Of a stretch of DNA of 64,000 bases, positions 50,829 to 59,229 are shown piece after piece. A model generated the notes under the pieces. It ran no database searches. It saw nothing but the letters and a program-made list of their open reading frames with translations, and was not told where the DNA came from. Position 1 is the first letter of the stretch; each line of letters starts with the position of its first letter. Source of the DNA: Planctomycetota bacterium (GTDB lineage: Bacteria > Planctomycetota > GCA-002687715 > CAIWVZ01); assembly GCA_044222185.1 (NCBI GenBank), contig JBGANV010000003.1, positions 608,001-672,000 of the forward strand. The letters run 5' to 3'. A program made the position numbers and the translations under genes.

Positions 50829-52094
50829 ATGCCACCAAAGAAGCGAAACGCGTGGGAGGAGGCTCTCGACTACATTGGGACGATCACCGACCCTGCGGTT
50901 CGCGCCTGGGTCGACGAAACCTGCGAGGCGCTCAGGAGGGCGAGCGCGATGAAAATCAAGGCAACAGTCCCGTCGCACTGGCGGTCGCGGTCGGGGGACC
51001 CACTTCACAAATCGATGGACCCACTGAACGTGGATCTTCCCGCAAGTGTCGAGGACTTCCTTTGTCAGTGGACTCTGAAAAAGGTCGTCAAGGAGCTCAA
51101 GGAATCACGCGGGGGGACGCTCCCTAAGGCCGAGCGCGTTGCGGCGAAGTACGTGAAGCACTCCGCCCACGAGTACCTGAAGTACTGTGGCATTCAGCGG
51201 CGCGCGTCTGCTCGGACGGTTCAACCAGGCATACCGATCGAGCAGATGGGCGGTTCGATCGCACTCCCGAGCTGTGACGACAGGCGCGACGAGCCCTTCG
51301 GCGAGTCCGTCCTCAGCCTCCCGGAGGATGAACGGCTTCCGGCGCTACGAAAGCGATTCATCCGGTGTGCCAAGAACACGTTGTACATTCAGCCGCACCA
51401 TGAGGTGCTGACGAAGCTGATCACGTTGGCCGGCCCAGCGCCAGCGAGCGGGCTGTCCGGAAGAGGGCGTGGCCAGATCCCCTCAAGGGTCGGGGCTCCA
51501 ATGATGGTGGCATACGCCTGCATCCGATGGTGGCGGGTCAATTGGTCGAAACATAGACTTCGCCGCAATGGACGGGAAGCTGTGCTCTCGCTCCTGCGCT
51601 CTCGGAAGTTTGGGTGTCCTGATCCGGATCCCGTCGTCGCGCTCGACCGCGAACACGACCGCTCATTCGAGAGCTGGATCCGGGAGCACCTCAAACTCCT
51701 GACTGACTTCGTCAGCGCAGCCGCCGCCTCGGCCAAGAAGCCTCATGGTTCCAGGTCCGAGACCGGGACAGATTCCGACGATCGCCAGCCGATCGAGTGG
51801 GAGGAGATCTTTCGGCGTAGGCTCGCCGCCGTTTCTCAGCACGTGACCAAGCTGATTCGCGCCGGCGCGCCCATCCGTGGAGTCAATGCCGCTGCCGACA
51901 GGCCGCTCCACGCCGAATTCCCGATCAATCGAACCGCTCTGCATCGGATAGCCCCTGCAATCAGCGAGTCGAACTGGGACAAGACGCTCGAACGTTTGCG
52001 CAAAACCCTTCCACAGCTCGAGGACTACATCGACCAGCGACGCGGCAGCCTGTTCAGCCCGACTGATGGCGCGGACCCCGAGGCGACGCCATGA
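50829..52094 (+). CDS. Hypothetical protein, possibly a divergent ECF-type sigma factor
   Basis: VEDFLCQWTLKK...AKYVKHSAHEYLK resembles sigma region 2; ISESNWDKTLERLRKTL resembles the region 4 recognition helix. The ORF is solid, the function weak. Confidence 0.4.
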   Translation: MPPKKRNAWEEALDYIGTITDPAVRAWVDETCEALRRASAMKIKATVPSHWRSRSGDPLHKSMDPLNVDLPASVEDFLCQWTLKKVVKELKESRGGTLPKAERVAAKYVKHSAHEYLKYCGIQRRASARTVQPGIPIEQMGGSIALPSCDDRRDEPFGESVLSLPEDERLPALRKRFIRCAKNTLYIQPHHEVLTKLITLAGPAPASGLSGRGRGQIPSRVGAPMMVAYACIRWWRVNWSKHRLRRNGREAVLSLLRSRKFGCPDPDPVVALDREHDRSFESWIREHLKLLTDFVSAAAASAKKPHGSRSETGTDSDDRQPIEWEEIFRRRLAAVSQHVTKLIRAGAPIRGVNAAADRPLHAEFPINRTALHRIAPAISESNWDKTLERLRKTLPQLEDYIDQRRGSLFSPTDGADPEATP

Positions 52095-53005
52095 CCACCG
52101 CGCGCAACCGCTCATCGACGCTCCGGGGATTCGAGCTCCGTGTGAAGCCCGACGAAGCCGCGGACGGAACCCGAGTGTTCGACTGCGGCGACGCCGTCGG
52201 TCTCCTGTGGAACCGTGGCGGCAAGCAGCGGTTCGAACGATTGTCGGCTTCCGTGAAGAAACTCAAGGCCCCAGGCATGTGGCTCATGCTTGGGATCCAG
52301 CGCACGGCGTTATCGCTCGCCCGGTCGAAAGGACGAGACCTCGCGCGGGACATCGCGAGCGCTCAGGGCTGGTGGGTGCTCTGGCGGCGGATGGACGACG
52401 CCGGGATTCACACTTCACCTGCGCTGATGAGGAGAGCCGCGAATCTCGCGCGCGAGGCGAGCCGCCGGCCTCTTGACGCCCAGGCGGTTTCCGAAATCGA
52501 GGCGTTGCGCGACTGGGTCCGGCTGCCAGAAAAGGACCTGATCGCCGCGTTCGCCGTGCCGATGCACGCGGCCGATGTCAAGCTTGCCGCAGATGTCCAA
52601 CACGATCTCCGCAAGGCATTCGAACGCGATCGAAAGAAGGACTCCCACCAAAGGTCGGTGCTTCGTCATTCATCGGAGCGCCACGACCCGCGGGCACGGC
52701 GAGTTCATGCGGTCGCTGCGGACACGGGGTTCGACGAGATGCGCGCCGCTCTCGAGTTCAAGGGCAAGCGGGTCGGCCCTCTTACGGTCACAAGTTCCGT
52801 CACCGCCTCATCTGTACTCAAGGTCACCATCACATCGCGACGCTCCGTGCGCCGAGTGGCATGGGGCCGCGTACCGCTCACCGCGGGCATCGCGGGAAGG
52901 TGGACGCTCAAACTGAAGCCAGACGACTTGTCTGCAGCCCAACGAAGACGGCGAAAACTCATCATCACCTGTCATGACGGGCAAACGTACACGGTCTCGT
53001 ACTGA
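52091..53005 (+). CDS. Hypothetical protein, candidate anti-sigma / protease substrate (Csx30/CalpT-like role)
   Basis: ATGA-coupled to the upstream gene; helical N-half, charged linker ending HAVAADT, beta-rich C-domain. Role inferred from context only. Confidence 0.4.
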   Translation: MTTARNRSSTLRGFELRVKPDEAADGTRVFDCGDAVGLLWNRGGKQRFERLSASVKKLKAPGMWLMLGIQRTALSLARSKGRDLARDIASAQGWWVLWRRMDDAGIHTSPALMRRAANLAREASRRPLDAQAVSEIEALRDWVRLPEKDLIAAFAVPMHAADVKLAADVQHDLRKAFERDRKKDSHQRSVLRHSSERHDPRARRVHAVAADTGFDEMRAALEFKGKRVGPLTVTSSVTASSVLKVTITSRRSVRRVAWGRVPLTAGIAGRWTLKLKPDDLSAAQRRRRKLIITCHDGQTYTVSY

Positions 53006-54977
53006 CTCAGTTCTCAGGAAACTCGTCGACGCGACGAGGCTCGCCGAACTGGCGTCGGCAAGCTTCGAAGACCTGCTCGCATGCGTCGCGTATGCGGACG
53101 AAAGCTCCCTCGGAGCCGACGCGTTCCTCGCCTACGTCCGCTATCGGGCCGATCTGGCCGGCAAAGCAGGAAGGTTCTCGCTGTCGCAGCTCCCACCCCG
53201 TCTCAAGAGGATCCAAGGTCAGCCGCCTCCGGGATTCCCGTTTGTCGCCCTCCCCCGCACCGGCGACGAATTGCCTCCGGTCGGCTACGTCCGGGTCGAG
53301 TCGATCGGTGGCTCTGAACACCGGTTCGCGAACGCACGGGAGGATCTTGTCGAGGCCGTCCGCTCCGCGATCGACTGGTTCAAGGAGATCGATCCCCGGA
53401 TTTCTGATGCTGTCGCGTGGCTCGACCTCGACTTTCGCGAATGGACCGGAAAGTCCGCGGCGCTCTCTGCCTTGCTGGCCGCCGTCCTGCTCAGCCTTCG
53501 CCGCAGGACTGCTCCGTTCGGCGCGGTCGCCTCCGGCGGAATCAGCAGCGATGGCAAGCGACTCCTTCCGATCGCCTCGAAACAGCTCCGGGCGAAGATC
53601 GAGATCGCCGCTCGATACGGCTTCAGCCACATGTACGTCGTTCAGGACGGAGCAGGCATCACCTCCGGCGGGAAGCGGAAGATCGAGCCCCAAGGCATCG
53701 AGCTACGCTGCCTGTCACCAGATCCGCGGCGCGCCATCCTCGACTTTCTCGAGTTCCTCGGTCCCGAGGACGGGCGGCGCGCGACCCAGGATCTCATCTA
53801 TCTCTTCGACCGGGTGTGCATGCACGACGTCGAGCGCACGTGGTCCGAAAACGAACGCGTCATATCGACGCTCGAACAGTTTCGCTCGGTCCAGGACCCG
53901 GTCGCACGAGCCCTGGCGACGTTCGGATTGAGCAAGGCGTACGCTCGTTCGGCCGACTCCGCCCGGGCCGTCGAGCTTGACCGCGCGGTTGCCAAAGACC
54001 TCCAAGCCTGCGCCGCGTCCGGCGGATTGATCCTCAGCACGGCCATCGAGTTCCACCTTCGGGTCGATCGGATCGCGCACTGTGCAATCCTTGCGATCGA
54101 CAGCGGCGAATGGAAGCAAGAAGGCCACCCATCTTGGGAGCAGTTGCACCGGGAGCTTCACGAAGCACGCGATGATGCGAACCGAGACAAGCAGCTCGAC
54201 CCCAAGGGTCATCTCGCACGCATGTACCTTGAGAACGTCGAGTCGCGCCTGATCGAGTACAAGGCTCGCGTTTGTCGCGACACGAAGGCGATCATCGGGG
54301 AGGCGAGACGACGAGTGGTGTGGCTTCGGCGGATCGGCGATCTCGCGACCTACGCTTTCGACCACCTCGGGCGTTCCGACACCACGGTCGAGCGCCAGCA
54401 GAACTTCATCATGGACGCGCTCTTCGCTGCCTGGGTTCTCGGTGCACCGCGAGATCGACTCGATCTGGTCGACTCCATCCCGTGGTTCTTCAAGGACGGC
54501 TCGGGATCGATTCCAACATCATTGACGGATCCCCGCTTCGGGAATGACTTCGACCGGCACTCCCTTCTGAAGTACTGGCTCATCACCGGCGCGATGACCG
54601 GAATGCCGAAGCTCGAGGTCCAATGTCAACGGTGGATCGAGGGTTCGGGGAAGATGGCGTCGAGTTCACCGACGCGGACGGCGATCCTGGAAACTCTGTG
54701 CCTGCATCATCCCAACGCGGGGATACGCCGGCTCGCCGCGCGTCGTCTCTCGCGAGGCCTCTTGAGGATTGCGTCGCCGCCTTCCAAGCCGGTTCTGGCC
54801 GACCTTCTCGCTCTCCGCACCCGCGCGGCCATCGCCCTCGGCACGCGTCGCGTCGCTCTTCGATCGATTCGAGAACAGCTTGCGGAATGGCGCGATTGCC
54901 CTTTGACGCGACTCGCCCGAAGAATCGCCAAGTCGGCGCGCTCCCTAAAGGACTTCGCGGTGCGCCTTCCTTATTGA
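52974..54977 (+). CDS. Lon-type (S16) protease domain plus long helical C-terminal region
   Basis: TGKSAALSALLA...AVASGGISSDG...LPI...AKIEIAARYG matches the Lon Ser-Lys dyad pattern (Ser to Lys 47 residues). No AAA+, CARF or SAVED motif seen. Confidence 0.75.
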   Translation: MTGKRTRSRTDSVLRKLVDATRLAELASASFEDLLACVAYADESSLGADAFLAYVRYRADLAGKAGRFSLSQLPPRLKRIQGQPPPGFPFVALPRTGDELPPVGYVRVESIGGSEHRFANAREDLVEAVRSAIDWFKEIDPRISDAVAWLDLDFREWTGKSAALSALLAAVLLSLRRRTAPFGAVASGGISSDGKRLLPIASKQLRAKIEIAARYGFSHMYVVQDGAGITSGGKRKIEPQGIELRCLSPDPRRAILDFLEFLGPEDGRRATQDLIYLFDRVCMHDVERTWSENERVISTLEQFRSVQDPVARALATFGLSKAYARSADSARAVELDRAVAKDLQACAASGGLILSTAIEFHLRVDRIAHCAILAIDSGEWKQEGHPSWEQLHRELHEARDDANRDKQLDPKGHLARMYLENVESRLIEYKARVCRDTKAIIGEARRRVVWLRRIGDLATYAFDHLGRSDTTVERQQNFIMDALFAAWVLGAPRDRLDLVDSIPWFFKDGSGSIPTSLTDPRFGNDFDRHSLLKYWLITGAMTGMPKLEVQCQRWIEGSGKMASSSPTRTAILETLCLHHPNAGIRRLAARRLSRGLLRIASPPSKPVLADLLALRTRAAIALGTRRVALRSIREQLAEWRDCPLTRLARRIAKSARSLKDFAVRLPY

Positions 54978-55312
54978 TCGTGGCCAATCAGCGGCACGTT
55001 CCTCGCCGCGTGGTGCTGGCGGCCCGCGTGCAACGACCGGCACCGGGGCAGTCTGCGGCCGAAGAACGTCGTGACGATGACAGCGCGATTCCATCTCCGT
55101 TCGAAGATCACCACGAGCCAACGACGACGGTGGTCGTCACAGCAGACCGGGGACACGACGAACTCGCGCCTTCGGTCAATGCTTCCACTGAACACCGGAT
55201 TTGAGATGACCTCGTGGACTTTCTGAACTGGAACGCGACGGCGGCGCATCCGTATGAGCGCATGTCGCGAAGCGATCACGAGGGGTTCGCTTGCTTCACC
55301 GATGTGGCCCAT
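54971..55312 (-). CDS. DUF4258-like (RelE/BrnT-fold) putative toxin
   Basis: SRHALIRMRRRRV...VISNP...LVVIFE...VIVTTF pattern. Confidence 0.65.
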   Translation of the reverse strand: MGHIGEASEPLVIASRHALIRMRRRRVPVQKVHEVISNPVFSGSIDRRREFVVSPVCCDDHRRRWLVVIFERRWNRAVIVTTFFGRRLPRCRSLHAGRQHHAARNVPLIGHDQ

Positions 55313-55456
55313 GACTGGCTCTCGGCGGCGGACGGCGGCTCGGCACGCCTGCGGCCATCATGACCGTGGCATCCGCACCGAACGGCCACCTGCTGCTTCT
55401 GGAACAGTGAGCCAGGCATGCCATGGAACCTGACACTTTGCCGGCAAGTGTGAAGC

Positions 55457-57250
55457 GTGCGAGCCTGGTGCAGGCAGGACGATCCGCAGGACACCCGCCC
55501 GTTGCGATTCAATCAGTTGCGGGGCGCCGTCTGGAGCCAACAAGATCCGACAATGACGACTTCGACGACGCGACCTGCAGGGGCGACGCTGGGCGTTGGC
55601 ACGCAGGCATGCCACATTGCCCAAACCACTCTCATGATCCGGTTCGACGTGCAGGGCGGGCGGGATCCCATCACGCGATGGTGCAGCGCCATGCTGGACC
55701 GGCGCGTCCGTCCGCTGAACAAGACTCAGGAGGAGGAGGAAAAGGATCGACCGCGACTCTGGAACGAGCTTCTGAGCCGCCCTGCCGAACTCGACGAACT
55801 GTTCCCAAGCTGGCGTCACGTCGCGCACCGGCGGTCGAAGAAGGAGCGCCGGACCGTTGACGAGTCGGTACACCAGACGCCTGCCGGCGATTCGATCGAC
55901 CACGCCATCACGCTCGAACTCGGGGACAGCTCCCGGAGCAAGTGCAGCGCCCCAGCTCTGGTTGTCAAGAACACTGCCTCCGCGCGATTTCTTGCCACTG
56001 GAGCAGCCGTCTCGCCGCCAGCACCGCGAGCCGGCTATCGACTCGTTCCCGCGACCCTGACGTCCGTCCGCGTAACGGTGTTCCCTTCTGGCTTCGGCGT
56101 ACTGGCAATCCAACTCGAGTGGATCGACAGTCGAGGCAATCTGAGACTTGATGCGGTCATTGACCGTGTATGCGCGGGCCGCCGGATGGATGGAACCAAT
56201 CGCACCTCCGGATGGCTTCTCCAGGGCGAGCCACTAACCGTCCAGGACGCAGAACGGTTGGAGAGTCTCCTCGTAAACCCTGCCGACGCCCAGCAAGGTG
56301 AGCTTCTCCCGAGCTATCTGGATTGGCTCGGCGAAGTTTCCCCGGCAGCGCACGGGGATAGAAAGCCCGTCGCTCTGCGGCAACTCGCCGCATGGCTGCT
56401 CGGGTGCGACCGGCCGGGTGTGCGGTCGACACTCTCCCATTCCCACTTCGCCGAACATCACACAGTCATCGTCCTGCGGCGCGAGCCCGACGGCCCCAAA
56501 ACGAACGCCGCCGTGTTCCGCCTGATGCACGGACACGACGCGACCTATCCCACGCCGCCTGATGCGCCGCAGATCCCGGGCGTCATTCGCCCACGCGGCA
56601 ACCGGATCATCGGCATCGCGCGCGAAGGAAGCGTTGCCCTTTCGTGGCTGGTCGACGGCGCCAATCCCGAATTCGAGTTGCGCCAGTGGCACACGACGTT
56701 CATGGGCGTCTACCTCTGGCTTCGCATGCACGCCATGTGCGAACTCGCCGACTATGTTGATCTTCAGCTCAAGGTAAAGACGATCGCCGCACGGATCGAT
56801 ACACGGCTCGGTTCCTCACGAATTGGCACGGTGGTCAAAGCCGTGGAACTCGCCCTCTTGCGCCAGACGCTCTTCATGTCCGTTCCCGATCTGGGCGGCC
56901 CTTCCGACTTCGTCCAGTTCTTCCGGTCCACACGGGCCTGCTTCGACGTCGAAGGGCAAGCCGCTGCCGCCCGCATTCAGATCCAGGATGCGGCGGCCCT
57001 GCTTCGCACGATTTCCGAGAAACGAGTGGAGCGAATCGTGTTCGCAATCTCGGTGCTCGCGATCCCGGCAGCAATCGTCCAGGGGTTGACGAATGCCTAC
57101 CCGCGCCTCACCGGGTGGCTCCGATCCGATCCGGACCTTAATCCCGTACTGTGCGAGCGCGGCACTCTTCTGCTCGCGGCGGCGACCGGGTTCATGATCA
57201 TCGTCGCCTTCGTTTCCTCGCTCGCATTCCGCGGGGGCCGCAGGAAATAG
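55457..57250 (+). CDS. CorA-like membrane protein (large soluble domain, two C-terminal TM helices)
   Basis: VTVFPSGFGVLAIQL strand, long stalk helix, TMs IVFAISVLAIPAAIV and LLLAAATGFMIIVAFV; no GMN motif. Start uncertain. Confidence 0.6.
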   Translation: MRAWCRQDDPQDTRPLRFNQLRGAVWSQQDPTMTTSTTRPAGATLGVGTQACHIAQTTLMIRFDVQGGRDPITRWCSAMLDRRVRPLNKTQEEEEKDRPRLWNELLSRPAELDELFPSWRHVAHRRSKKERRTVDESVHQTPAGDSIDHAITLELGDSSRSKCSAPALVVKNTASARFLATGAAVSPPAPRAGYRLVPATLTSVRVTVFPSGFGVLAIQLEWIDSRGNLRLDAVIDRVCAGRRMDGTNRTSGWLLQGEPLTVQDAERLESLLVNPADAQQGELLPSYLDWLGEVSPAAHGDRKPVALRQLAAWLLGCDRPGVRSTLSHSHFAEHHTVIVLRREPDGPKTNAAVFRLMHGHDATYPTPPDAPQIPGVIRPRGNRIIGIAREGSVALSWLVDGANPEFELRQWHTTFMGVYLWLRMHAMCELADYVDLQLKVKTIAARIDTRLGSSRIGTVVKAVELALLRQTLFMSVPDLGGPSDFVQFFRSTRACFDVEGQAAAARIQIQDAAALLRTISEKRVERIVFAISVLAIPAAIVQGLTNAYPRLTGWLRSDPDLNPVLCERGTLLLAAATGFMIIVAFVSSLAFRGGRRK

Positions 57251-57441
57251 GCGCCTGCGGGCGGTCCGGTTTCCGCCCGAACTGTCAGGATCCCGCGCCC
57301 AGCCGGCTCTGTCCGTTGGATGGCAACGCCTGCGGAAAGCGCCGTGATCCAAGGATCCGATCCGCGGATTGGGCAACAGGCTGCTCGCGTGAGCGGTCAG
57401 GTGCCACCGCAGCGTTTCCGGAATCGTGTACGGAGGCCCTC

Positions 57442-59034
57442 ATGTCGAGATCCGCGATCCTGCCCACTCCGGCAGAGATGAAGGCACAGATGGATCGATT
57501 CGTCGTCGGGCAGCACGCAGCAAAGGAGCAACTGGCAACGGCAGTGTACGCCCACTACCTTCATCGCGCTGCGGCCGCGGCGACGGGTGAGCCGACGGTC
57601 GCAATCCACAAGGAGAACGCGTTGCTCATCGGTCCGTCTGGGTGCGGTAAGTCGCACCTCGTGCGAACGTTGGCCAACCTGCTCGGCGTCCCGGTCGCAC
57701 ACACCATCGCAACTCGGCTTTCCGAGGTCGGGTATGTGGGCGACAACCCCGAGGTCGTCGTTCAAGCCCTGTTCGACGCCGCCGGCGGCGACATCGCACG
57801 CGCCGAGTCGGGCATCGTGATCATCGACGAGATCGACAAGCTCCGCCGGCAGGAAACCGGCAGCCGCGACGTCTCAGGGCAGGGCGTGCAGCACGCCCTC
57901 CTCTCCATCATCGAGGGCAGCGGGGTCAAGGTTCAGACCAAAGACGGGCTCCGCGAGGTGAACACGACCGGTGTGCTGTTCGTTGGATTGGGGGCCTTCG
58001 TCGGGCTCGACGAGATCATCCGCGATCGCGTCAGCACGACGCCGCCTGTGGGTTTCGGTGGCTTCGGGCTCGCCGTCCAGCCAGCCGCATCCGCCGCGCA
58101 AGGCGAGCTCGATCTCGCGGAGCCCACGGACCTGATCCGCTTCGGCTTTGCACCGGAGTTCGTGGGCAGGTTCTCGACCATCGCACACCTGCAGCCACTC
58201 GGGACGGAGGAGATCGCGGCGTTGCTCGCGAGCCCCGAGGACTCGCTCATCCGCCGCGAATCACGCCTGTGCGAACTGCACGGCATCGAGTTGGAGGTGA
58301 CGCCAGATGCACTGCGGGCCATCGCCGAGCGGGCGCTTCGTGACGAGACGGGCGCACGAGGGGCAACGCGCATCACGCGCCAGATGCTCCTGTCTGTGCG
58401 GCCTCGGCTTCCCGAACTCGCGGCGAAGGGGGTGAACCGAATCACGATCTCCGACGGCGTCGTGCGAGGCGCGGCGGCTCCGTCTCTTGCGTACGGCCCG
58501 GCGAAATCCTTCCACGTCGACCTCGCCACGCTGCGCCGAACATCCTTCAGCGCAACACCGAAGGTCGTCGAGGCGACCACCCCTCGGTTCACGGACCCAC
58601 GGTCACTGACGCGCGAGCAGCTCTGCCAGTTCGTCGCGCAAACCCGTGACCGGTTGGACTGGAACTCGACGACGGGCTCGGCCCGCAAGTGGTGGCTCGC
58701 ATTCGAAAATGAACAGGCCGGCAACCTTGGGATCGTCCTTCGCCTCGCCGAGGAGCTGGCCTGGCGCAAGGCCACGATCACCGAGTTCTTCCTCGCCTAT
58801 GTGTACTCGAACACGGACAACATCCAGGCGAATCTCCACTACCTTGACTACACGCGGTTGAAGAAGGCGGAGGAACAAAAGAAGCGTGAGCAAGCCGAGG
58901 CTGTGAAGCTCCGCTCCATCGTGACTGCAGCGGTGCGCGCGACCAATCACAAGGACACGGAGGCCGATGCGAGCGACGCCCATCCCGATGCGGACGACGA
59001 AACGACGCCGGAATCGAACCGGGATCGAGGCTGA
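57442..59034 (+). CDS. clpX: ClpX-like AAA+ unfoldase lacking the Zn-binding N-domain, with an extra C-terminal domain
   Basis: VVGQHAAK, GPSGCGKS, GYVG pore loop, IIDEIDK, RDVSG, VGFG loop, PEFVGRF, TGARG. Confidence 0.88.
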   Translation: MSRSAILPTPAEMKAQMDRFVVGQHAAKEQLATAVYAHYLHRAAAAATGEPTVAIHKENALLIGPSGCGKSHLVRTLANLLGVPVAHTIATRLSEVGYVGDNPEVVVQALFDAAGGDIARAESGIVIIDEIDKLRRQETGSRDVSGQGVQHALLSIIEGSGVKVQTKDGLREVNTTGVLFVGLGAFVGLDEIIRDRVSTTPPVGFGGFGLAVQPAASAAQGELDLAEPTDLIRFGFAPEFVGRFSTIAHLQPLGTEEIAALLASPEDSLIRRESRLCELHGIELEVTPDALRAIAERALRDETGARGATRITRQMLLSVRPRLPELAAKGVNRITISDGVVRGAAAPSLAYGPAKSFHVDLATLRRTSFSATPKVVEATTPRFTDPRSLTREQLCQFVAQTRDRLDWNSTTGSARKWWLAFENEQAGNLGIVLRLAEELAWRKATITEFFLAYVYSNTDNIQANLHYLDYTRLKKAEEQKKREQAEAVKLRSIVTAAVRATNHKDTEADASDAHPDADDETTPESNRDRG

Positions 59035-59229
59035 CCCGGTCGATCCCCGGGTGAGGTGATCACCGGCTGCATCGCCACCCACTGCCGGTTTGAGGCCACG
59101 GCATGGGCGGTGACTCCCGGTCGAGGTGAGTGCCGAGGGCGACGGTGGTGAAACGTTTTCTTGTCGCCTCACGCGCCAACTCTATGATCAGCCGGCATCC
59201 AGTGTGCTCTATCGGAGTTCCATTCGCGC

